64,000 nt of DNA, taken from the NCBI GenBank assembly GCA_964016885.1, contig OZ024759.1:29388001-29452000 (forward strand). Reading direction: 5' to 3'. Both the position numbers and the translations under genes were made by a program. Numbering within the stretch: position 1 is the stretch's first letter; each line of letters begins with the position of its first letter. The stretch comes from Eledone cirrhosa (Eukaryota). This document shows, in pieces, positions 26,107 through 38,657 of the stretch. Below the pieces are notes generated by a model, which saw only the letters and a list, made by a program, of their open reading frames with translations, was not told the DNA's origin and ran no database searches.

Positions 26107-26485
26107 GTTTGTGTGTGTATATATATATTTGTGTGTGTATATATATATTTGTGTGTGTATATATATGTTTGTGTGTGTATATATATATGTTTGTGTGTGT
26201 ATATATATATGTTTGTGTGTATATATATATGTTTGTGTGTGTATATATATATATATATCTGTTTGTGTGTATATATATATGTTTGTGTGTGTATATATAT
26301 GTTTGTGTGTGTGTATATATGTATATATTGGTGTGTATATATATATGTTTGTGTGTGTATATATATATATGTTTGTGTGTATATATATGTTTGTGTGTGT
26401 ATATATGTTTGTGTTTATATATGTTTGTGTGTGTATATATATATATGTTTGTGTGTCTATATATATGTTTGTGTGTGTGTATATA
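23628..26485. repeat. 2.85-kb compound microsatellite [GTTT(GT)n(AT)m]
   Basis: Regular gtttgtgtgtgtatatatat units with variable run lengths. Confidence 0.95.
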
Positions 26486-26711
26486 TTTTAACTGTGAAAT
26501 TGTTATCTTCATGTTACTTATATTATATATAAAAACTCCTGGAAATTACCTTCATTGTACCCAAAGTTGAGTACCATGGAAACACTGTGATAAGTGATTC
26601 ACTTGTTGATTCATAAACTATTGTATGTTGACATAGTCTTCAAAATTTCCCCTAATGAAATCCCAACCACTTCTATATTCTATCTCTATCTCTTTATATA
26701 TATATATATAT

Positions 26712-26855
26712 AAAAGTTTTAATATAGATGAGATTAATGAAACAGTTCTAGTCCTGTAGAATCTCATCTATATTAAAACTTATATACTCTGCTATGTATT
26801 GAGTACCTTACTTACTGTGGTTACCTCCGATTCAACCCGGAATAAAGTACCTATC
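26712..26855 (+). mobile_element. Family E element with collapsed hairpin (hammerhead 5' core deleted)
   Basis: aagttttaatatagatgagatt / aatctcatctatattaaaactt arms; retains GAAACAG..CTGTAGAATCTC; tail matches the reverse complement of 8282-8360. Confidence 0.75.
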
Positions 26856-26870
26856 ATATTATAAGGTATC

Positions 26871-27534
26871 TTAACTTAAAGAATGAAAGAGATAGTTTTG
26901 TACTAATCGAGGCATTAAAAATAGGATTGTACCAGATATACTTTCTACAACGTGATTTATTTGGTGGTGATCTTCTATTATTAGTATGTCTGGTAGTACT
27001 GTGTGTGTGTGCTTGTATTTTAGTCCCCCGGTTACGCATTCCTTGATTTCGTGTAGAGCTATGTGTGTTATGGAAATTCCTATCGATGTATTCTATTGTA
27101 TCCCGGTGGTCAGCATTCCTTAATGCATTATTGTAGTATTCAGCATGTTCACTAAAAATATCAGAGTTAGACGATAGGCGAGAGATTCTAAGAGAAATAC
27201 TCTGGGGAACTGATTTGATCATGGAGAGTGGGTGGTTAGAGTTAAAGTTAATATATGTAACGTTCTCATTTACCTTGTGGAAGGGTCGTATCTGTCCAGT
27301 ATTTAAATTAAGAGTTACGTCCAGAAAGTTTACTACTTTAAGATTGTATTCGTATGTTATTTTTAGACCCAGTTCACTAAAAGATTTTCTAATATTTTTC
27401 CGTAGCCTTTCAAGATTTTGGTTATTCAAGTTATTAACTAATAAGAGCCCATCATCTCTGTATATCCCCCCCCTGTAGATTACTAAATTTACTATGTAAT
27501 ATGTGGGCTATGTAAATTCCCACGAGATCCGTGA
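26871..27534 (-). mobile_element. Penelope-like (Naiad-type) element, inverted RT segment
   Basis: DLVGIYI...G(frameshift in G8 run)IYRDDGLL...VNFLDVTLNL...YINFNSNHP...RISRLSS...IWYNP. Confidence 0.88.
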
Positions 27535-29005
27535 CCTCGATTAGTACAAAACTATCTCTTTCATTCTTTAAGTTAATCAACAAACACTTCCCTAGTTCCC
27601 ATAAATACAGCAAAATTCTGAACTCTAAAACTATTAGACTATCATACTCCACGGCACCAAACCTTGAAGCATACATAAAAAAACTTAACTTAAGGCAATT
27701 AAACAACTCTACAAAACAAAACATTTTAGTAACAGATGGGCAGAACGCAATATCTGCCTCCCAACCACTAAATGGGAGATGGGTATTACACAACCCACCT
27801 GTACCGCTATCACAACCTATCCATGGTATGCCCGCTACCCACAACAAAGAATGTAACTGCCATCTACCTGAAAGATGTCCATTGAAGAATGAATGCCTAA
27901 AGTCCAACATTGTTTACCAATGCACGGTTGAATCGAACGACCAGAAATGGTATTATATCGGATCTACCACCACATCGTTTAAATCTCGCTGGTACCGTCA
28001 TCGATTCTCAATCAAACATCCGAATCACCGTTTTGTGGCAACTCCGTGAACACAACCAACAGTTCACCTTAAAATGGGATATACTTTCCAGCGCAAGTGC
28101 ATATAGGAGTGGATTGAAGTACTGCAAGTTATGTAACCTTGAGCTCTTTTACATATTAAAATCCAAAAACAAACTACTTAACGATAGAATTGAACGATCA
28201 TTATACTGCAACCACAAACTAAAAGCTAAATTCTCTCACTATAAAATAACTTAACATTCAAACCCGTAACTATAACACCGCTTTCTAGCTAACAACCTTC
28301 TCTTCCCCCCACACTACAAGACAATACACTGCTTATCACTATACATGGTAACTCAGTGCAATTCCTAGATTACTACTACAAAACCAAAGTTCACTTATCA
28401 CACAAACCTTTTCTGTCCCCTCTCTACCTATCTCTCTCTACATCCATTACACACTCTCTCTCTCACCTTTGGCCTACCTCCCTCTCAACATCTATGAACC
28501 TGCCCTCTGGGGCAATAAATAATTCCGACCTTAACTATCAACGCATCTCTCCAAAAGTAACCAGTATAATAAAACCCCTACCATAACATTTTGATTAAGA
28601 TATCTACAAGCCACTCTCTCCTACTTCTCCAACTCCTGCATATCTTTCTTTCTCTCTCCCTCTTCCCTACTTTTTTCTCTCTTCCTTTTCTACTCTATCT
28701 TCCCCCAACAACCCCACTTAAGGGTATTTACATTGTACATTTTACCATTCTGCTCTGAGGAATCATCAGTGTGTGTAAGGCTATACATTTTTAAAAAAAT
28801 CAGATGAGGACGTGCTATTGAACTTGATTCAAGTACCTCTGAAATATGTATAATAAAATTTAATTGATGACAAGAACATCTATTTTATTAATATTTGAAT
28901 TTAATATTAATAACTCTGGAAAATATCTTTTTGTAGAGTGCTTTCAATCTACCGTAAAACTCATTCTTTGATGTACTCATTGATGTACTCATTCTTTGAT
29001 GTACT
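27535..29005 (+). mobile_element. Penelope-like (Naiad-type) element: linker, GIY-YIG endonuclease, 3' UTR/pLTR with degenerate hammerhead, ending in (TA)n
   Basis: KHFP..HKYSKILN..TIRLSYS; CNC..CPL..CL; IVY...YYIG...FKSRW..H; frameshift; KWDIL...CKLC..E...LLN...C.H, stop at 28254; CAGATGA..GAAATATGTATA at 28801-28852; GAGTGCT ~28936. Confidence 0.88.
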
Positions 29006-29095
29006 TATATATATATAAGTGTATATATATATATGTAATATATATATATATATATATATGTAATATATATATATGTATGTGTAATATATATATAT

Positions 29096-29432
29096 CATCA
29101 TCATCATCATTTTACGTCCGCTTTTCCCTGCTTGCAAGGGTGGGACGGGAACTGATTCTGGCTTGATTTCTACAGCTGGATGCCCTTCCTAACACCAACC
29201 TCATTTACAGTGAGTGCTGGGTGCTTTTTTGCTCTGGCACCTCCACGACCACTTTACAGTGGAATGATAGGGACCCCAGTCCCTATCATCTCATTTCTAC
29301 AGCTGAGTAAACTGGAGCAATGTATAGTAAAGTGTCTTGCTCAAGGAAACAACACATCACCCGGTCTGAGAATTGAACTCACAACCTTTCAATTGCAAAG
29401 CCAATGCTCTAACCACTAAGCCATGTGCCTCC
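29096..29432 (-). mobile_element. Full-length composite SINE (tRNA head, core, RTE-like 3' tail, (GAT)n)
   Basis: Reverse complement of 59734-60065; tail shared with the RTE 3' UTR at 11470-11552. Confidence 0.8.
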
Positions 29433-29613
29433 ATGTAATATATGGAATATATATATATGTAATATATATATTATATATTACATATATTATATATTACATA
29501 TATTATATATTACATATATATATATTACATATATATATATATACATATATACATACATACATACATACATACATACATACATACATACATACATACATAC
29601 ATACATACATACA

Positions 29614-29648
<35 letters not shown>

Positions 29649-30165
29649 CATCATCATCATCATCATCATCGTTTAACGTCCGTGTTCCATGCTTGCATGG
29701 GTTTGGACGGGAGTTTTCCCACTTGAGGCAAGAGTGGTTGTCTTGCTCGCATAGGACTGTCTGGCGGGTTTTCTATATATATATATATATATATATATGT
29801 CGTCTAACCCATGCTAGCGTGGAAAATGGACGTTAAACGAAGATGATGATGATGATGATATATATATTACATTACATATATATATATAATATATATGAGC
29901 GAGGGTGAGAGGGATATATATATTTAATGATAACCTATCCTAAACCATTGACATCACAACTACTTCTCTTGGAAAGCTCATGTCCGTCTTTGTAATGGAG
30001 GCTGTAGCAGGAAATAGTTTCCTTTCAGAATAATTGTTAGGACACAACTGATAAACTTTGAAAGCTTAATGACCTAGTTTTTGTTAAGTATATTGTTAGA
30101 TTTTTTTTTATAGCAACCTTCCCAACACTAGATCGAGTTCTGTGAAACTAAACCACCTATTTTAA

Positions 30166-30392
30166 CACTTTAGCATTTAAATCGGTCATATCTAGCCAGA
30201 ATTCTCTCATCTGTTTCTCTTCAAAGCAGCCATAACTGGCCACTCTTACTGATGTTAAGCTATTGTTCTCAAAATGAATAACTTCAAAATCTCGTAGATT
30301 CGATGTTATGTGAGATAATTATGTAAGATAAAGCCTTTACCATGAAAATATAACAGTATATATATATATAAAGTAATGTAAATGCTAAAGGG
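30166..30392. mobile_element. piggyBac-type MITE
   Basis: TTAA|CACTTTAGCATTTA...TAAATGCTAAAGGG|TTAA; partial copies near 21255 and 57657. Confidence 0.75.
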
Positions 30393-30851
30393 TTAAAGAG
30401 TTCCTATTTAACCCTTTTGATACCACCCTTCCCAAGACTACATCTTGTTCTGTGAAACCAAACCACCCATTTTAAAGGGTTCCTATTTAATTAACCCTTT
30501 TGATCCCAAGACTACATCTGGTTCTGTGAAATAAACTTCCCATTTTAATCATGTGTTTATGTATGTATAATTGTATCTGTATGTGTATTGCTTTGTGTAT
30601 GTATGTGTAATCGTGTGTGTGTATGTGTATTTCTGTGTGTATGTATGTGTAGTCCTGTGTGTGTGTATGTGTATTCTTGTGTGTATTCCTGTGTGTATGT
30701 ATGTGTATTCTTGTGTGTATGTATGTATGTGTATTCTTGTGTGTATGTATGTATGTGTAATTCTGTATGTATGTATGTGTTATTCTGTATGTATGTATAA
30801 TCATGTGTGTATGCATGTATAATCATGTGTGTATGTATGTATAATCATGTG

Positions 30852-30885
<34 letters not shown>

Positions 30886-31174
30886 ACATCCGCTTTTCCC
30901 TGCTGGCAAGGTTGGGACGGGTCCTATTCAGCACAACATTTCTCCACTTGTCAGGGTCCTCTTCATCACCTCCGTATGTATATATAATTATGTATGTATG
31001 TGCATTCATCTGTGTATATTAGTTTGTACATTTGTACATTTGGGTGTGTACATTTGCTTAATAACTTTCTCATTATTTATCTGACATATTTGATTAATTA
31101 CGAGCAAATACCCATAAATTCTCAATCATTTTCAAAATTATTTGAAAATCTTAGGTAGTTTCTTTTATTACAAA

Positions 31175-31348
31175 TATGATAACAAAAGGCTGAATTAAGT
31201 GCAAGAATTGCAGGAGCTGGTGCAGTAATACACCAGCTTCGGCCTTTGGTAATCAGAAGAAGGGAGGTAGGTGTAAAAGACAAACTCACTATCTTTAATT
31301 CGGTTTTGTTCAAACCCTTACCTATAGTCATGAATCTTGGGTAATGGC
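31175..31348 (+). mobile_element. Rex3/Expander-like RTE remnant
   Basis: ELSARIAGAGAVIHQLRPLVIRRREVGVKDKLTIFNSV(frameshift)TLTYSHESWVM. Confidence 0.7.
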
Positions 31349-31541
31349 CAATATAATATGATTGTGAATATAAGCAGCTGAAATGGGGTTCCTCTGAAGG
31401 GTCTTTGGAGTAACGTTACTCGATAGAGTTCCTTAGCTCAGAGATCAGAGAGTCACTCCAGGTAGAGCAGCTACTTCTCCGAATTGAGAGATCACATCTC
31501 CGATACTGTGGGCATGTAGTTAGAATGTCTCAGGAAAGAAG

Positions 31542-31800
31542 TGTGTGAGTGTATGTGTATTTGTGTGAGTGCATGTGTATTTGTGTGAATGTATGTGTAT
31601 TTGTGTGAATGTATGTGTATTTGTGTGAGTGTATGTGTATTTGTGTGAGTGTATGTGTATTTGTGTGAGTGTATGTGTATTTGTGTGAGTGCATGTGTAT
31701 TTGTGTGAGTGCATGTGTATTTGTGTGAGTGCATGTGTATTTGTGTGAGTGCATGTGTATTTGTGTGAATGCATGTGTATTTGTATGAATGTATGTCTGT
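31542..31800. repeat. 20-bp minisatellite (gtgtatttgtgtgagtgcat), ~13 copies
   Basis: Exact 20-bp periodicity. Confidence 0.9.
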
Positions 31801-32359
31801 GAGTGTGTCTGTGTTTGCATATTTATATTTATATACTCATACATATAAATGTATGCATATGCACATAGACATGTGCATGAGCGTATGGAAAACAATTCTA
31901 GTTATTTGAAAATCTTAGGTAGTGTCTTTCATTAGAAAAGGTTTAAAAATGTGTCACCGGTGTGTGAAGTTTGGAAAGCTCTGACGTAGAGTTTTCTGAA
32001 TTGATTTAAGTGTCTATTTGTGATCTGTAAATAGCAATCACATCTGTATAGAGCAATGCTTTTTACAGAAGAAATGATGTCATTCTGGAAACACTTAACC
32101 TCATATAACATAAATAATTGATCGGATAAGGAAGGATATTGACATATCAAAGACAGACGAAGAATGCTGAGTCTAATACACCCTTAAAAGAAGGGGAAAG
32201 ATTAACTTGGGAATTTCCTGAAGCATTGATGAGATTCAAATACGAATGACTTGGTAGTTTAACTCTTCCGTTATCATCTTTCAAATGAAATACACTGCCT
32301 ATGACTTTTGAAATTATTTTTGAAAATAATCAAGAATTTGGGAGGATTTAGTAATATAT

Positions 32360-32569
32360 CCCTTTAGCATTTACATAACTCTATATTTACTATTATATTT
32401 TCATGGCAAAGACTTTTACCTCACATAAGTATCGAATCTATGAGATTTTGATATTATTTAATTTGAGAACAATACCTGAACATAAGTATGAGCGGCCAGT
32501 TACAGCCGGTTTGAACAGAAAGAGGTGAGATAATTCTGGCCAGATATGGTCGGTTTAATTGCTAAAGGG
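32360..32569. mobile_element. piggyBac-type MITE (opposite orientation)
   Basis: CCCTTTAGCATTTA...TGCTAAAGGG|TTAA. Confidence 0.7.
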
Positions 32570-33031
32570 TTAACTAACTTTCTCATTATCAATCTGCTGT
32601 TTGGAACAAACATAACAAAGGTTCTTACATAAATTATGATGGAAGGTTTTTAGATAAATATAAACACTTGAACCTTCTCATAGCGACATTTCAAATAATA
32701 AACACTGCTCAGGGATTTTTTAAATAACTTTAAAATTAATAAAAAATTTGGTGGGATTTAATATTGTAACTAACTTTCTCATTATTAACCTGATGTTTGG
32801 AACATAACTTAACAAAGGTTCCTGCATAAAATTATGAAGGTTGGATTATACATAAATAGAAACACTTTAACCCTTTCATTATCAGATTTCCAATGGAATA
32901 GACTATAGTTTTCAAATTAATATTAGGTGGTGTGGGGATATTTATTCTTACATTCAAACTTTTCATCATAGTTTTATTTTAGAAAATTTTGTTAAGTAAT
33001 ATTCTAAATATCAGCTTTCTAATGAAAAATT

Positions 33032-33215
33032 TACCATATATGCCGACGTACAAGTTGATCCTTCGCATAGGTCGACCCCTAAAATTCTGAGGTGTAGTTC
33101 AGGTGAAGCAGCAAGCATACTTCCACATTTTATATTCAGTGGACAAGTCAACCCCTGGTTTTGGAGAGATATTTTTAGGCTCCAAATGTCAACTTGTATG
33201 CCGGCATATACAGTA
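33032..33215. mobile_element. Tc1/mariner-pogo-type MITE
   Basis: 27-bp terminal inverted repeats including TA ends: taccatatatgccgacgtacaagttga / tcaacttgtatgccggcatatacagta (4 mismatches). Confidence 0.7.
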
Positions 33216-33854
33216 ATTATTTTATTTAATTCTTCCAAATGCTTATTCATTTTCAAAATGAATTGAAATACTTAGGCAGCATATTTCATTAGAAATACTA
33301 GAACGACGTAGTTGGTGTTAGGATGGACATCCAGCTGTAGAAATCATGCCAAAAATAGAACATAGAAGCGAGATGTAATCCTCTAACTCATCTATAAGGG
33401 CAGAGTAACTCTAAGAATTGAATTTCACTGTAATGACTGATTCTGTGTACATTTCAACATTTCCTGTAATTTAATTATCTTTTTTTTGTCGATGGAGTGG
33501 TTAAAGAGATCAGATGTCTTAATGTCAGAAGAGGATAATGACATCAAATTTGTCAGCATTTATTTCAGCTCTCTGAGTTCAGAGTTCAAATCCTGCTGAG
33601 GTCAACTTAGCCTTTCATTCCTTTCAGATCAATAAATTTGTTTCTTTCTCTTCATTTATTTCACTAGCCATGTATAAATTTGAAACATGAAAAAAGGTGC
33701 ATAAAAGAAAAAAGTATGATACACTATTTACAAAGAAGAGATGTGTGTGTGTGCGTGTGAGAGAGAGAGAGAGTGTACATGCCTGCAAATGTGTGACACG
33801 GTAGATAAAAGGATAAAGTGTTTAGACAGAATAGCTATTCAAGGGTGTAAAAAT

Positions 33855-34180
33855 ACACACATTTGTACACCAGGTCCAAACACATAGGAGCCGAACTTCC
33901 ACTGTCATCGCCTCCGTCTCTCTCACCCTCCCCATCTCTCACTATTATGAGCCAATGGAGTTCCACACGCTGGCTGCACAATGGCCTCAGCAGACAGAAT
34001 AGAGAAGGTGTTTCCCAGAGGATGGTGAGAGAGACGTTCTGGAAGAGCCATTCCATCTTGCAAGGCTCAGATCTGTGGCTAGCCAGCTCAGCACCTATGG
34101 TGGTGAGTAAGGAGGTGGCCCTAGGGCCAAGGACACCAGAAGTCTCCACTGCTAGGGGATCGACTGCAAAAAGTTCTTAG
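33855..34180 (-). mobile_element. CRE-like retrotransposon 3' remnant
   Basis: PLAVETSGVLGPRA..LL..IGAELAS..SEP..MEWLFQNVSLTIL, typical restriction-like endonuclease C-terminus. Confidence 0.7.
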
Positions 34181-34300
34181 GAATGGAATGAAGTGGTTCA
34201 TTATTGAGAATGTGTTGATGAGGCTAGTGAGGCCATCGAGAAGGATTATAGTAAAAAAGACTATCATCTTTTTCATGATGGTCTGTTAAGTATTAGTTAA

Positions 34301-34507
34301 CCCTTTAGCATTTAAACAGGCCATATCCGGCCAGAGTCCTCTCACCTCTTTCTGTTCAAACCAGCCACTAATACTGACATTAAGATATTGTTCTCAAAAT
34401 AAATATCAAAATCTCATAGATTGATATTATGTGAGGTAATCATTTGAGATAAAGCCTTTACCACGAAAATATAATAGTAAATATAGAGTAATGTAAATGG
34501 TAAAGGG
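34301..34507. mobile_element. piggyBac-type MITE
   Basis: TTAA|CCCTTTAGCATTTA...TAAATGGTAAAGGG|TTAA. Confidence 0.8.
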
Positions 34508-34870
34508 TTAAACGGGGCTGGTAAATTGTTGGAATTGTTAAAAAGTCGGATGGAAAGCTTTTTTGTAGCTGATCTGGCTGTGCAAAATCCTTAACACTCT
34601 TAGTCAGATTTGATGATCAGCTCCTTTCTTTCTTTTGCCAGGAGTTGTGACCAACAGATAGTATATGGAAAGACCAATGAAAAAATTGTTTCCTTGGTCT
34701 GATCTGATGATCAGCTCCTTCTTCTGCCAAGAGTTGTAACTAGTGGATAGTATCAGCCATAGAAAGAACAAAACTAATATGGTCTCCTTCTACTTATCTT
34801 ATGATTGATGACTTTGCTTTTTTTTCTTCCTGTTTATATTTTATTAATTTATTTTTTGTTCTCTTTTCAG

Positions 34871-35258
34871 TCAAAATCATGGGTGATGAAACGATGTACA
34901 TTGTACAACAAAAACAACAACTCTCCAGCCATATTAGAAATTGGAGAAGACACAAAGAGTAAAGACAGCAACAAGAAAACCTATGTCTTGGAGAACATCC
35001 AATCAATACATAAGGTTATCTTTAAATCAGATACTTTCCAGGTGATGATCCGGAGCAAAAACTTCAAGTTCCTCTTCCTGGTGGACACAGAGGAAGATGC
35101 GGAGAGCTGGGTCAAACACCTGACAGCAGCTGCATTGTTTGAAAATGAGAAGAAGAAATATACTCGACAAGACTCGGAGTTAGAATATCGGTCGAGCGTC
35201 TCAGAATACAGTGACTTTGAGAGTTGTGAGAATATGGATATTTATGAATCTTATGAAG
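34871..35258 (+). CDS. DOK/IRS-like docking protein, internal exon (PH domain body and linker)
   Basis: ttttcag acceptor, G|gtaaat donor; SKSWVMKRCTLY...FLFLVDTEEDAESWVKHL (PH C-terminal helix with conserved W); ends in phase 1, in frame with the next exon. Confidence 0.85.
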
Positions 35259-35408
35259 GTAAATTATCATTTGTATATATGTATATATACATTTATGTGT
35301 ATGCATGTATGTATGTGTATATATATATATATAAAATCAGCATCGTTTAGTGTTCATTTTCCATGCATGCTTGTATAGATATATATATATATCATTGTTG
35401 TTGTAACG

Positions 35409-35460
<52 letters not shown>

Positions 35461-35519
35461 TATATATATATACACATATATATATACACACATATATATA
35501 TACACATATATATATATAC

Positions 35520-35550
<31 letters not shown>

Positions 35551-35883
35551 ATAAGAACAAAGTGGAGGTCTTATTTATTGCAAGCAGGGAAAAGCGGACG
35601 TAAAATGATGATGATGATGATTACTCAACCTGGTTACAAATGTTTCCCAGGCAGCCGGCTCGTGATCTGGGAGTCGTCCCAGACCAGACTCCAAGTCTGC
35701 CTGATCCTCAGACTAGTGTTAGCACAGCAAAAATCACATCAAATCTGTGGACGAACCAGCCAGACACAAACAAGCATATAGAATGACCAATTACTGGCCT
35801 AGAGTCCAACGGATGCATGTATCCCGAGCATTACAAGAAAATAACCATTATAAAAAAAATAAAAAAAATAAATAACAGATGTA

Positions 35884-36258
35884 AATCATCATCATCATCA
35901 TTACCGTTTTACGTCCGTTCTTCCACGCTAGCATGGGTTAGACGGGTTGTCCTGTTGTGTGCAGTGTCTGGTCGGCTGACCATGCCTTGCTCATACAGGA
36001 ACTGATCTGGCTTGATTTCTACAGCTGGATGCCCTTCCTAACACCAACCTCATTTACAGTGAGTGCTGGGTGCTTTTTCGTGGCGCCTACACGTCCACTT
36101 TACAGTGTGGGCTGGGTGCTTTTTTGCCATGGCACCTCCACGACCACCTTGCGGTGGGGGGTGTGGGGGCATATTGTTTATATGCTTCAGCATGTACCCA
36201 TGGGAGGTCGGGTACTCTGTATTACTGCGTGACGCCAGAAGTCACGGTCGTGTGTCAC
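35884..36258 (-). mobile_element. RTE 3'-end copy in the DOK-like intron
   Basis: Reverse complement of 39147-39520 and of the RTE tail at 11290-11660. Confidence 0.9.
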
Positions 36259-36349
36259 GAAATAAAGAAATATATCCATGTATATATGATCACACACATA
36301 CACACATGCATAAAATACCTATGCACACACACACATACATACACTCCCA

Positions 36350-36825
36350 CACTTTTGGCTGAGAAGAACAGGCAGTTTTCCTGTCTGATAGCTGAAGCGA
36401 AAGAGGTTGTGTGGTAGACGCAACTGAAAGGTCTGAATATAGACACGTTCTTTTTTGGTCAAGCCCTTGTCAACTTTTTCAAGTTCTACTTGGAAAGGAG
36501 GATGAGGGTGGAGAGAGAAATACTGCCCAAGATCATTTTTTAATAAGGTGGGTGATTGTTGCGAGGATGGCCTGTGCCAGTGGGCCCACTCTGAACATGT
36601 GCCTGTAGGCTGGTAAGTTGGAGGGTGAGAGGGGCACCTTGGAGATTTGGGTGGGTTGGGATTTGTGGGGTTCCTAACATTACCCCCGGGTGGGATGCTC
36701 TCCATTGGGGAATTCTGTTGTTATTTTTTGTTTATGTGTTTTACTCAATTGTATGTAAACCCCCCACTGTCCCCATCTTTGTATTGTCTTCTATGTTCGG
36801 CCCTTGTGGCCAATAATAAAGAAAT
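36350..36825 (+). mobile_element. Tx1/L1-like LINE 3' remnant
   Basis: LIAEAKEVVW*TQLKG...GQALVNFFKFYLERRMRVERE; ends tgtggccaataataaagaaat. Confidence 0.6.
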
Positions 36826-37074
36826 CACTGGTGGATTGGCAGAATCACTGGAGTGTTGGACAATATGCTTTATGGCATAGAGTTACGTCCTTATACAATC
36901 TGAGTTTAAATCCCGCCGAGGTTGGCTTTGCATTTCATCCTTACAGGGTTGATAAATAAAGCACTAGTAATACACTTGGGTTGATTTAATCAACTTGCCC
37001 CTCTCCTTCAAATTGCTGGCCTTGTGCCTAAAGTAGAAACAATTATTATTATTTTTATTTTTATTTTCTTGCAG

Positions 37075-38039
37075 CTACATATTACGATGTTGAAATCATC
37101 AAGTCTGAAGCATCTGCTCGCTGTAATTTGAATGGGCCTTACAGTTTGTTGCTCTCAAAAGACAGTATCATGCTACTAAATCGAAAGAGGCAAACTGTGT
37201 ATTATCAATGGCCATACCGATATATCAGGCGCTACGGTAAATCAAGTAGCACATTCACATTTGAAGCTGGTCGGAAGTGTGTATCAGGTGATGGAAACTT
37301 TCAGTTTAAAACAGCTGCCAGTCAAGGCCCAGATATTTTTGCCAATGTTGCTCTGCTCGTTAGCTTAATTAAACCAGCCCAACGTGAGAAGGTGATCTCC
37401 AAGAGTCCTGAACTGAGAGTGTTGTGCTATAAACAAGAGCTGGAAGATGTCTTCGCCAACCAAATGACGAACAAGATAATCAAAAAATCTAATTGCGCAG
37501 AAGTTCCGCATGGTCATTCAGAGAAAATTAGTGACTTGTATGTCCCAGTGGCAGTAAATAAAAATGAAATGAGCAATTATTACAATACAGGCACCGATGA
37601 AAACGAATATTCTTCTGTGGAATCAGACTATGAAATGATTACAGATAAAGATAAGAAAGAGGCAATGGACGAAGATGATTATGAAACCTTTGTAACGGCA
37701 CCAGTTACCAAACTGGATGAAAATGCATATGAATGCTTGAATATTTCCAAATCGCAGGACAAACCAAAAGCTGCAGCTTTTGAGATTTATGACCATTTAA
37801 ATTTCCACAATATGAGCAAAGAATCACCAGAAGTTATGCAAAACTTCCAGACGTGGGAGTACGAGGATTTGAGCAGAGTAAAAGGGGATCATAAATCATT
37901 AGAATATGACTACGCGAAACCGATGCTTTCCAAATGTATTTCGGAACCAATGCAAGATCATGCATTGATCTCACCGCCACCTCAGACTAGAAAAAAGCTG
38001 GTGATAGAACCAATGTATGTGTCAGAATTTCAATATTGA
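37075..38039 (+). CDS. DOK/IRS-like docking protein, last coding exon (IRS-type PTB domain and Tyr-rich tail)
   Basis: ttcttgcag acceptor; [35 protein letters not shown] is the DOK/FRS2/IRS PTB signature; TGA ends at 38039. Confidence 0.92.
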
Positions 38040-38111
38040 CAAAACTGAACAATATATGCACACACACACACACATATATATATATATACACACACACACA
38101 TATATATATAT

Positions 38112-38177
<66 letters not shown>

Positions 38178-38316
38178 TTACACACTCACACACACACATA
38201 TATATGTATCATCATCATCACCATCTAATGTCCATTTTCTACGCTAGCATGGGTTATGTATGTAGATATATATGTATATATATATGTATATATATATATA
38301 TGTATGTATATGCATG

Positions 38317-38361
<45 letters not shown>

Positions 38362-38484
38362 GTATGTGTATATATGTATGTGTGTATATGAACATATATG
38401 TATATATATATATATATATGTGTGTGTGTATATATGTATGTATATATATATATATATGCGTGTGTGTGTGTGTATGTATGTATG

Positions 38485-38531
<47 letters not shown>

Positions 38532-38597
38532 GAAATGAAACAACAGAAGTAAGTTTTATTTCTTCATGTTTTTCTGTTTTTTTCTGTTCAAATTCTA

Positions 38598-38657
38598 GCT
38601 GTCTGATGAAGGTCATAGCTGTTGCATAATGGCTATCACCAAAATATATATAACAGT
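38598..38657 (+). ncRNA. Hammerhead with G12 changed to A (probably inactive) in TA-flanked element 38532-38791
   Basis: GCTGT-CTGATGA-AGGTCATAGCTGTT GCAT AATGGCTATCACC-AAAA-TATATA-TA-ACAGT; AATAAA at ~38665; GAGTGCT at ~38748. Confidence 0.7.

Noticed and set aside
27840-27900. Selenocysteine recoding, reported for some Naiad elements
   Set aside because: The CNC..CPL..C positions use normal Cys codons; no in-frame TGA at conserved Cys sites in this fragment.
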